Shown in pieces: positions 20,429 through 38,063 of a stretch of 64,000 nucleotides of DNA. The notes below the pieces were generated by a model. That model had not been told where the DNA came from. It saw nothing but the letters and a program-made list of their open reading frames with translations, and did not search any database. Positions within the stretch are counted from its first letter, which is position 1. Every line of letters starts with the position of its first letter. Where the stretch lies: assembly GCF_009914755.1 (NCBI RefSeq), contig NC_060930.1, one strand, 5' to 3'. Source of the DNA: the human T2T-CHM13v2.0 reference genome, Homo sapiens. The translations under genes and the position numbers were made by a program.

Positions 20429-21031
20429 ATTTGGTCAGAATAGGGCTCAGAGCCAGAGGTCAGGGTGACCGAGATGGAGGGGTTGTGGGCAATGGGCTCA
20501 TGGATGTCGAGGTGTTTTTTTTAAAGACTCCTTTCCCAAGAGGTTGCAGACCTAGAGAACTGAAGCAATCTGACTCAACATCAGCTCTCAACATTTTGCT
20601 TCTGAGTCTCTGCCAGGCTTTCTACCCACCGCTTCCAACGTGATGCTCTGAAGACTTGCGCAGCTCAGGCTCCTTTTCTAAATTCCAGAACACTGAAAAT
20701 GATGTGAGTGAATCTTTTCATTTTTTCTAAGGTTGGTACATAATGAGCACCACTCTGAATGCACAGTAGAGAAGTTAATTCATTAGAACAGTGGATGCCA
20801 TGGGGCATCAGGGCTTAATTCTCTTGTGGAACCTGGTGGAGAAAGGACCCAGTGGGTTCTTCCTTTAATTCCCAATCTGTCATACTCTAGTGTGTCTTTG
20901 CTCCATGCCATTGAAGATATCAGTGCACCCTGCTCACCCCCGACTCCTGGCTCCCTCCAGCCTCACTGGGGATGTGCGGGCGGGGCAATGCTCTTGTCAG
21001 TAAAGGAATACTGATACATTTGGGTTTTTAA

Positions 21032-21361
<330 letters not shown>

Positions 21362-22072
21362 TAGTCATGTTAATATGAGGACAGATAACTAGGGAAAATA
21401 ACAAACTAATCTTGTTTGGAATTTAAGGCAGCTGTGACTAATTAATGCATTAATTCCTGAAAATGAAAAGGCCTTCTTTGCTTCAGGATTCAGGATTCAA
21501 AATTCATGATTCAAGGTTCAGGATGTGAGTCCGCTCTTTTGAACTATGATTCCTAACCTCCTAGGCCCTCATTAAACACTTCTGCAGATCTTTGCCTGCA
21601 CGGAGTATAGTTGTCTTCCAGAAAGTCTTCAAGATGAAAGGAAAACAATAACCTGCAAAATCTTTCTCCAGGGAAAGCGCCTTCATGTGAGCTAGGAGGA
21701 GTTCCAGTTTCCACATGAAGCGCTTGCTGATGGACAGTTAATTTCCCTGCTCACTGGCTCTGCTTTCCAGGTAGCACTGCAGGTATCACTTTATAATTTT
21801 AAAAAGCATTTCTTGAAGACCTTGGCAAAATTCTGAGACGAGTGGAAGAAATATGCCTCTAAAAATGACTGTTCCGTTTTGAACAAGGAAATCCTACATT
21901 TTTGTAAAGGGAGGAATGTTCTGTAATGGCAGCAAACAGATGTGTTTCCAAAAATAGATTGTAAGGCAGCGCTTATAAGGCTATTGAGAACCTTGGTTGT
22001 TACATGAATGCTTTCTCAAAAAAACCTAAAAAAAAGTTCAGCCACTTAAGTGACCTTAAAAAAGCCTTAGCT

Positions 22073-22246
<174 letters not shown>

Positions 22247-22312
22247 ATCCTCCACAGTCCGTGCAATGACAGCAAATTTTCCTGTAAGAGCTTTTTAAAG
22301 ATGTTATTTTAA

Positions 22313-23980
<1,668 letters not shown>

Positions 23981-24884
23981 AAATTTAAAATTTTTTGAAG
24001 AGAAACTCTAATGCTGTATACCAATAAGTAATTTCTCACAAAAGAAACAGATGCATGTTGCAAGTGAAAATAATACTCAATGAAGCTGAAGTAGATTGTT
24101 TGTAAGCCTAGTGAAAAGCAAATTTTTTCAATGAATGTTGACAATAATTCATAATCAGACACAATGTTGGTATTTAACACGAGCATGAGCATGATAAAGA
24201 AATCAAGTTAAAACACAAAATGTTTTACTTACATTTATTCTTAATCTCAAAATGTACTTTTAGATTTAAAATGCACTTAATCTCAAAATGTACTTTTAGA
24301 TTTTGAAAAAGTTTTAGTTTTTTAAAAATTGTAATAAAAATTGATCTTATCCATTTAAATGAACTATAATCTGAATACTAGTTGATTAAAAAATGAGTTA
24401 AATTTACAAATTATTTATATGAAGGAATAATTCCTATAAATTGTAGGAATTGCATGATTCCTACAAATCAGGATCGAGATTGCTTCATTTGTGGCTGTCA
24501 TAGTAATGACAGGATCCCATACAGAGTTGTGTGTTACTATTTGGGTTTCGATGTGTCTCAGGTCATGTTGTCTCTGAGGATGCTAACAGAAGAATGCTTT
24601 CTCATGACCGACTTCAACAGCAGGCACTTTGCATAGATTTAACTGTAGTGCAGATTTGAGTTTAGTCACAGCATTACTCTGGCCACCATTGGAGTACAGG
24701 CACATCTAAAATGTTTTCTGACAGTCTATTAGAACCAGTCTTAAAAACATGTATTTGAAAGTGAAGCTCAAGAGCCTCCTGGGCCAGAACTCACTCTAAG
24801 GATAGAAGAGACCAGACATAAAGACTTGATCATTGGAAGACGGTGAGGATTCTGAATAGAATAGAGTGGGTTTTGCTCTAATTT

Positions 24885-25860
24885 TCTAATCAGTCAGGGG
24901 ATCTCAAAGATAAAACCAAGGATCCCCTAAAGTCAGGATAACTTGAGGAAAGTTTGGGGACGTTTTACAAAGGTGGGTAGACAGGGAACCTCAGGGACAG
25001 TTAAAGCCAGGGGAGATTTTTGCTATACTCTGTATATGCCTGTGTGTGTGTCTGTGTGTGAAAGAGACAGACACATAGATTTTTTGCAGGGATTTGACCT
25101 CCCACAGTTGTGGAAGTGATTAAGCAGGCTCTGTAAGACTTGTCTTTGTGTGTGATGCTAGAACTTGACGCCCAGGGAGTGAAGAGCTGGGAAAGATGGA
25201 TGTGTAGTGTTGGGGAGCAAGAGCCGGCTGGGACCCACTGGCATGAGTTGGAGCCCCATGAGAAACTAAAATCCATGTCCATTTTTCTTAACTCTGACCT
25301 TACTGGTGTGGGTATCCTGCGGAAGTCAGGGCCTCTTGCCCAGAGCTAAACACACACCTGGCCTAGGAGGCAAAGAAGCTGAAAGGGGAGCAGTTGCAGG
25401 CTGCTGCCTCCTGGCCATGACAGCCCGCAGACTAGCAACCATACATGTGACTTTAAAAACTGCTATCACCGGGCGTAGTGGCTCACACCTGTAATCCCAC
25501 CACTTTCGGAGGCCGAGGTGGGAAAACCATCTCAGGTTGGGAGTTCAAGACCAGCCTAACATGGAGAAACCCCATTTCTACTAAAAATACAAAATTAGCC
25601 AGGCTCGGTGGCGCATACCAGTAATCCCACTTACTCAAGAGCCTGAGGCAGGAGAATCCCCTGAACCCAGGAGGCAGAGATTGCAGTGAGTCGAGATCAC
25701 ACCACTGCACTCCAACCCGGTGTCAGAGCCACTCTCAAAAAACAAATGAAAAAACAGCTACTGCTTCCTTTCTGCTGCCAAATCTCTCACAGGAAGATTT
25801 AGAAAAGGAGTTCTGGGAAATCAGTCCTAGCCACCTTGACACATTAAAAACTCCACAGCC
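24885..25860 (-). mobile_element. Old ERVL-class LTR remnant interrupted by a diverged AluSp-like element (25468-25752, plus)
   Basis: gggatttgacc ... ggagttctgggaaat ... ttgacacat motifs; subfamily uncertain. Confidence 0.45.
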
Positions 25861-26162
25861 CTCTGCATGACTGTTTAAATACTCGATACTCAAATGCCGA
25901 AACAGGCTCAACACTACCTCCAGAATCTGGACTGATCTTTCTGGTTTCCTTTTCTTGAGATAGGATCTTATAGGCACCCAGATTTGAACGCAGTGGTGTA
26001 AACTTATTAGAACACTTAACTCCTGAGCTAAAGTAATCCTTTGGTAAATTCTTAGGTTCAAGCAATCCCCCCACGACCTCAGGCTCGCAAGTATCTTGGA
26101 CTGTAGATACCTACTGCGTCCAATATTGAGTAGGTTCTTGCTTCACACTAACTTCAAGAATG

Positions 26163-26487
<325 letters not shown>

Positions 26488-26842
26488 AGACTTTCCTAGT
26501 TAAGTATTAGTTCTTAAAAACAGCAAATCCACAGTCTGCTCTTTTCTGATGTGCTGTGAGTCGACGCTTTCTGCTGGTGGGTTCGTGATCTTATCGGCTC
26601 AGAAGTGAGACTGCAAACCTTCACAGTGAATGTCATTAACTCTTAAAGCAGCGTGACTGAAGTTCTGTGTTATTTCCACCAAGTTCGTGGTCTTACTGGC
26701 TGAAAAACTGAAACGGCAGACCTTTTCGGCAAGTCTTATAACTCACAAACACAGCACAATAAATCAAAGGTAAAACAACAATGCACCTATACTATGAAAA
26801 CAAGTTTTTAACAAGTTACCAGTACTAGCTTGGGCAGCCTGC

Positions 26843-27300
26843 TTTTATTCTCTTATCTGGCCCCACCCACATCGCACTGATTGGTCCATTTACAGAGAGC
26901 CAATTGGCCCATTTTACAGAGAGCTGATTGGTCCGATTTGACAGGATGCTGATTGGTGCATTTACAATCCCTGAGCTAGACACAAAAGTTCTCCATGTCT
27001 CCACTAGATTAGCTAGACACAGTGTCCATTGGTGCATTCACAAACCCTGAGCTAGACACAGGGTGCTGATTGGTGTGTTTACAAACCTTGAGCTAGATAC
27101 AGAGTGCCGATTGGTGTATTTACAATCCCTTAGCTAGATATAAAAGTTCTCCAAGTCCCCATCAGAGTAGCTAAATACAGAGTGTCGATTGGTGCATTCA
27201 CAAACCCTGAGCTAGACACAGGGTGCTGATTGGTGTGTTTACAAACCTTGACCTAGATAGCGTGCCGATTGGTGTATTTACAATCCCTTAGCTAGACATA
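26843..27300 (-). promoter_or_regulatory. LTR12 promoter/enhancer: ~10 CCAAT (NF-Y) boxes in tandem units, GT-box, AATAAAA box
   Basis: Repeated ATTGG on plus; ggccccacccac; ttttatt. Confidence 0.8.
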
Positions 27301-27978
27301 AAGAGTCTCCAAGTCCCCACCAGACTTAGAAGCCTAGTTAGCTTCACCGAATGGATCCGGTATGGCGGCCACAGGTAGAGCTGCTTGCTAGTCTCGTGCT
27401 CTGTATCCGCACTTCTCAGCCCTTAAGTGGTTGATGGGACTGGGTGCTGTGGAGAAGAGAGCGGCGCTCGTTGGGGAGGCTCCGGCAGCACAGGAGCCCA
27501 CAGAGTTGGGGGAGGTTCAAGGCATGGCAGGCTGCAGGTCCTGAGCCCTACCCCGCGGGGAGGTAGCTAAGGCGCGGCGAGAAATTGAGCACAGCAGCTG
27601 CTGGCCCAGGTGCTAAGTTCCTCACTGCCCGGACCTTGCGAGCCGGCCGGCCGCTCCGAGTGCGGGGCTCGCTGAGCTCACGGCCACCCAGAACTTGGGC
27701 TGGCTAGCGCGGCGCGCAGTCCCGGTTCCCGACCGCGCCTCTCCCTCCACACTTCCCTGCAAGCTGAGGGAGCTGGCTCCAGCTTTGACCAGTCCAGAAA
27801 GGGGCTCCCACAGTGCAGCGGCGGGCTGAAAAGCTCCTCAAACGCGGCCAGAGTGGGTGCTAAGGCTGAGGAGGCGCCCAGAACGAGCGAGAGCTGTGAG
27901 GGTTGCCAGCATGCTGTCTCCTCTCAATCCTACCACCCCGTGCAGCTAATTTATGTTTACTTTTAAAATTAAAACTCC

Positions 27979-31560
<3,582 letters not shown>

Positions 31561-31789
31561 CCCCGAGTGTCAGTTTTGATTGTTTTTATGGGTCAAATTA
31601 GCATGTTGGTGAACTGCGCTTATGGTTAGGGTAACAAACAGATCCTACCATTTCTCTGTTCACCTTCTTACCTTCTCCCAAAGCATGGTTCTGGTTTTGT
31701 TTTGTTTCAATCAACAACCTACATACATTTAATTGATATCCTAACCTCAAACCACCCTCTTCTCGATACTAGAGGCATTTTGATTTGTA

Positions 31790-32242
31790 GGCAGCTTTGA
31801 GAGAGCTCCAGGACTATGCCTTGTGGACCGCCAACTTTGGGGCATGTAATTGACCGAGGAGCAGGCTGTGCTCTAAAATTTACTGAAGTGTTTGTGCTGA
31901 GGTGAGGCCTCTCAAAAGTTGCTACTCCCAGCCCGTGACTGAGGACAGCAGGGATGTTAAGGCAGGTCTGGAAGACAGGGAATGCCTGTCATAGCTGCCT
32001 TGGGCTTCAGGACTACCTAGTGGCCTTGTTGAGCCTTCTTTTGACTGCAGAGTAGTTGAGGACACTTCTGCCCAGCTTCCTCTCCTCCTTCACTTAGGGT
32101 CCGGTTTGCATGGTGGTTTGATGTTTCTCCCAGTCTTACCCAGCTTTCTCCCATTTTTTCTCACACAGGCACTTCCCCTAATAAAGTTCCTGCACATAAC
32201 CCTGATTTGACATCTGATTCTTGGAGGAGCTGAATTAATGCG
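31790..32242 (+). mobile_element. Old ERVL-class LTR remnant
   Basis: 3' motif ttcccctaataaagttcctgcaca ... ttcttggaggagctgaattaa. Confidence 0.5.
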
Positions 32243-33357
32243 AGCTTCCCATTCTTACAGCCATTAAATGTATTGTTTGGTAGTTTCCTACACACCCATC
32301 ACAAGCAGTTGTATGTTGGATCTTTGCTTTACTTTCCAACTGTGTGTTAGGAATAGCTCTTTTGCTCAATTCAGTATAGTACCCTGCCTCTTACCCATAG
32401 AGATGCAGTCACAGATCATTACATCTGTATGGCAGTAAGTTAGGACTCTGAGACTTCAGTGGTCACATACCAGGAATGAATGGAATATTCATCTTAAGAA
32501 CAATTGGTGCCTGATGAATAACACAAAGAGGTAATTTCAATCTGAGTTTCATAGAGGGTGTACCCAAAGAACAGAACTGTTCCTGGAGGCTGAGATCACA
32601 CTTTTGTTTGTAGGTGAAGCAGGATTAATGCATCACCCTGCTGAATGATGAGCAGACACACCCTTGAATTTAGTTAAATATGCACCCTTCCTGCCTTTAC
32701 TCAAGAAGTTCGGTGTTTCCAAAGCTATGATTTAAGGGTAAACATTCTTCCTCTCTGCATCTTAGGGCTTCTGATATTCTGGAGAAACCAGTGTTATCTG
32801 AGTGTCAAAGCTCAGTTATTAACCCTTTCTCAGAGTTTCTGGATAATGTTATTAGCTTTCAAGCACGTGATGCTTCTCAAGAGAGCTGTTGACTTCCAGT
32901 CTGACCAAATTCTTTCACGTCGTGGCGTGTACGATGTATAAAAGTTTTGGAATGTCTCTGAGATGACTTCTTCAGGTGAGTCTTTCCTCTGAATGTCTTT
33001 GGGGCTAGAACAGTCATGTCCATTTCATTGTTGATTAGGTGTCTGTGTAAAAAAGAATTTTTAAATGCTTTACTTAACAGCTGTGATTAACACTGAGTAT
33101 TTGGATCCTGATGTGTCAGCTATAGACATTTCATCTCTCATCATTAAATATTTCTGCTTCTTTCACTGAACAGAGGAGGATGTATGTGAGCAACATATGG
33201 GTGGAGTTGATCTGAACAAGAATTTAGGGAGGAGAAAATTGTACAATCTCTATAATTTTTTTAGGGAGAGGCTGAATCTACCTCACTAACTTTTATTAGG
33301 CTTGGCTCAAAGGCTCCTATCCGTTCATAGACCATCTGAGTTTGGTATGTCAGCTGA

Positions 33358-34452
<1,095 letters not shown>

Positions 34453-35404
34453 TGAAAGTTTAAACTTTCATTCATCCAACATTTCCTATGCAGTATGTCC
34501 ACATATATCTTTGTGTAACAGTGGTGCACATCCTTTAGAACTAATGCTATGCAGAACAGTTTGGGAAATGGTAACCTGCTCCATGCACTCTCCTTATTTG
34601 GCTGGTGAGTCACCAAAAAAAAAAAGCAAAATAGGAATTTTAAACCCGACCTAACTACAGTGAAACTCAGAAATATACAAATTGCAATGACCTTAAACCC
34701 CAAGAAAAACAAGGCCTAAAATTATAGTAAATGCTTCGAGGGGCAAATTGTCACCTGGTTTAGATGGAAACAGAGATCTGAGCAGCCTGTTGTTTTTCAA
34801 CATTATCTGAGCTGTCTCCTGGTTAGAGAAAAAGCTATTTCCAACTGGACGCCCTCTGCTCATCATTTACACTTCTTTGGTTTGACAAACAAAAGAATGC
34901 TTACTTCAGTCTTATTGGCCGCTAATCAGCCATTTGCTAAGAAAACATCAGGTTTTTAAACACCCATTTATTTATTCGTTTATTTCAGACACACAACCTT
35001 GCTGTATTGCTCAAACTAGATTTGCACTCCTGGAATCCAGTAGATCCTTCTACATCCAGAATTGGTGGGTTCTTGGTCTGACTTAAAGAATGAAGCCACA
35101 GACCCTCACAGTGAGTGTTACGGTTCACTAAAAGCAGTATGTCTGGGCGTTCCTTTATTTTTTTCTGATGTTCATCACGTGTTCAGAATTGTTTTCTATT
35201 AGTGGGTTCCCGGTTTCACCAGCTCAGGAGTGAAAATGCAGACCTTCACGGCGAGTATTACAACCCATACACACAAGGCTGACCCAAACAATGAACAGCA
35301 GCAAGACTTACTATAAAGAACCAAAAAAAAAAAAAAAATTTAAAAAACACCCACAAGGGAGAACAAACCTCGACAAGTTACCACAGCTAGTTTGGGCAGC
35401 CTGC

Positions 35405-36976
35405 TTTTATTCTCTTATCTGGCCCCACCCACATTCTGCTGATTGGTCCACTTTATAGAGAGCTGATTGGTCTGTTTTACAGAGCGCTGATTAGCCCGTT
35501 TTGACAGGGTGCTGATTAGTGTGTTTACAATCTCTGAGCTAGACACAAAAATTCTCCAAGTCCCCACAGAGCACTGATTGGTGCATTTACAAACCTTGAG
35601 CTAGACACAGGGTGCTGATTGGTGTGTTTACAAACCTTGAGCTAGATACAGAGTGCTGATTGGTGTGTTTACAAACATTGAGCTAGATACAGAATGCTAA
35701 TTAGTGTATTTACAATCCCTTAGCTAGACAAAGATTCTCCAACTCCCCACCAGCCTCAGGACCCCAGCTGGCTTCAACTACTGGATCCCGCACCGGGGCC
35801 GCAGGTGCAGCTGCCCGGCAGTCCCGCGCAGTGTGCCCACACTCCTCAGCCCTTGGGCGGTCGATAGGACCGGGCGCTATGGAGCAGAGGGCGGCGATTG
35901 TCGGGGAGGATCGAAGGCGCAGGAGCCCACGGAGGCGGGGGGGAGGCTCGGACATGGCAGGCTGCAGGTCCCGAGCCCTGCCCCGCAGGGAGGCGGTTGA
36001 GGCCCGGCCAAAATTCGAGGCAGCGCCGGCGGGCCGGCACTGCTGAGCGGTGACAGCGTGCTGGCAGCTTTCTCAGCCCTTGCTCTCCGTGCCTCCTCTG
36101 CCTCAGCGCCATTCTGGTAGCGCTGGAGAAGCCCTTCTCTGGGCTGGCCGAGGCGGGAGCCGGCTCCCTTGGCTTCAAAGGAGGTGTAGAGGGGGACGCA
36201 TGGGCGGGAACCAGGGCTGCGCGCGGCGCTTGCGGGCCAGCTAGAGTTCCGCGTGGGTTTGGCAGGCCCCGCAGTTGGAGCGGCCTGGCCGGCTCTGCCG
36301 GCCCCGGGCAGAGGGGCTTAGCACCCGGACCAACAGCTGCGGAGTGTGCGCCGGGTCCCCCAGCAGTGCTGGCCCACTAGTGCTGCGCTCGATTTTTTGC
36401 CAAGCGTTAGCTGCCTCGCCGCAGGACAGTGCTCGGGACCTGCAGCCCGCCATATAGTCCACCCCTGGCGGTGGGCTCCTGCGCGGCCTAAGCTTCTCCG
36501 ACGGGCGCCGCCCCTATGCTTCACAGCGCCCAGTCCCATCAAACGCCCAAACACTGAGAAGTGTAGGCGTCCGGCGCGGGGTTGACAGGCAGCTCCACCT
36601 GCAGCCCTGATAAGAGATCCACTAGGTGAGACTAGCTGAGCTCACTGAGTCTAGTGGGGGCTTAGAAAAAACCTTTATGTCTAGCTAAGGGATTGTAAAT
36701 ACACCAATCAGCATTCTGTGTCTAGCGCAAGGTTTGTAAACACACCAATCAGCACCCTGTGTCTAGCTCAGGGTTTGTAAATACACCAATGGACACTCTG
36801 TATCTAGCTAATCTAGTGGGGATGTGGAAAACTTTTGTGTCTAGCTCAGGAATTGTAAACACACCAATCAGCACCCTGTCAAAACGGACCAATCAGCTCT
36901 CTGTAAAACAGACCAATTGGCGCTCTGTAAAATGGACCAATCAGCAGGATGTGGGTGGGGCCAGGTAAGAATAAAA
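35405..36976. promoter_or_regulatory. Back-to-back LTR12 promoter unit with CpG-island-like core (~35770-36600)
   Basis: Two outward-facing TATA-like boxes, NF-Y arrays on both sides, many intact CpGs. Confidence 0.7.
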
Positions 36977-37356
36977 GCAGGCTGCTAGAACTAGTAGTAG
37001 TAAATGATGAAAACGTTTAGTATCTTGGTATGTGTAGGGTTAAGTGCTTTGGATGTTTGAGTTTTGTTTGCTGTGCTTTTATGGATTGTAATGCCATGAA
37101 GATCTGTAGCTTTAATGTTTTTAGTTAGTGATAAAAGTGTGAATCCGCCAAGAGAAATAAGTAAGTGCTGATGTGTTGGTTTGAGAGCTGTAACATTCAC
37201 TGCTAAGGTCTGTAACTTCTCTCCTGAGCCAGCAAGATAGTAAACCCGCCAGAAAGAAAAAACTTCAGAGAAGACACTACTTTCTACAACTGTAATGCTC
37301 ACTGTGAGGGTCTGCAGTTTCATTTTTGTAAGTCAGACCAAAAACCTGATTGTTGG
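36044..37356 (+). mobile_element. LTR12-family solo LTR (LTR-C, inner), opposite orientation
   Basis: Starts tgagcggtgacagcgtgctggcag; caccaatcagcac repeats; gtgggtggggccag..AATAAAA at 36970-36976; degenerate R/U5. Confidence 0.93.
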
Positions 37357-37769
37357 CCGTTGGGGAACTCTGCGTCCTTTGTAGCTACTGGTGTGAGTGT
37401 AAATTTTCTGTTAAGGGCCAGTAGTGTTTGTTAACTCTCCGGGAGTGCGGGGTGGCAGAGCCCAGGCCTGCACATCCGGAACTCGAGCTGGTTTGCAAGG
37501 GCTGCTGCAGGCCTGATTCTTGCCTGCGCCTCTCCATACGTGCCTGCAAGCTGAGGGAGTCGGCTTGGGCCTCAGCTATTCCAGAAGAGCTCCCACCGTG
37601 CAGCAGCGAGCTGAAAAGCGACTTAAGGAGGGCCAGGGTGGGTGCTGAGGCCTAGAAGGCCCCGTGAGTGAGTGAGAGAGGGCTGAGGGTTGTTAGCGCA
37701 CTGTCATTTCTCAGTTTCCTGAATGGCTGAGACTGCAAGTGTGTGCTACCACACGTTTGGCAACATCAG

Positions 37770-38063
37770 TTTTTCTTTTTGAGACAGGCCCTTATTCTTG
37801 CCTAGGCTGGAGTAGAATAGCATAATTATGACTCACTGCAATCTTCGCCTACTGAACTCATAAGCCTAGCATCCCAGCCTCCTGAGTAACTGGGACTACA
37901 GGTGTGCACCACCCTGGCTGGCTAACTTTTTTTGTATTTTTTGTAGAGATGAGGTTTTGCCGTGTTGCCCAGGCTGGTGTCAAACACCTGGTCTCAAATA
38001 ATCCACCTGTCTCCATCTCCCAACGTGCTGGGATTACAGGCGTAAGGTACCACACCCAGCCCC
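37770..38063 (-). mobile_element. Alu (AluJ-like), LTR-proximal part highly diverged
   Basis: Alu sequence. Confidence 0.85.

Larger units (their letters stand above)
35051..37713 (-). mobile_element. LTR12-family solo LTR (LTR-B, outer; pieces 35051-36043 and ~37357-37713), inserted into a FLAM/Alu
   Basis: U5 end catccagaattggtgggttcttggtc; TATA-like box 35411-35405; CCAAT repeats; U3 resumes after the inner LTR and ends ctgtcatttctca; host FLAM halves at ~34967-35050 and 37714-37762. Confidence 0.92.

Noticed and set aside
26880-27300. Regular ~40-bp repeats superficially like a CRISPR array or satellite
   Set aside because: Standard ERV9/LTR12 U3 tandem enhancer units.
32834-32981. Possible plus-strand exon (tttctcag acceptor, CAG|GTGAGT donor)
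   Set aside because: No ORF or linked promoter; such motifs occur by chance.
34846-34864. Partial CTCF-like motif (tgagcagagggcgt on minus)
   Set aside because: Mismatches at key positions; cannot be supported without ChIP data.
35051-37713. Pre-integration APOBEC3G editing or ordinary CpG decay as the cause of LTR divergence
   Set aside because: Wrong polarity (C rather than G lost on the sense strand), non-CpG sites are hit, and the effect extends into flanking non-LTR DNA.
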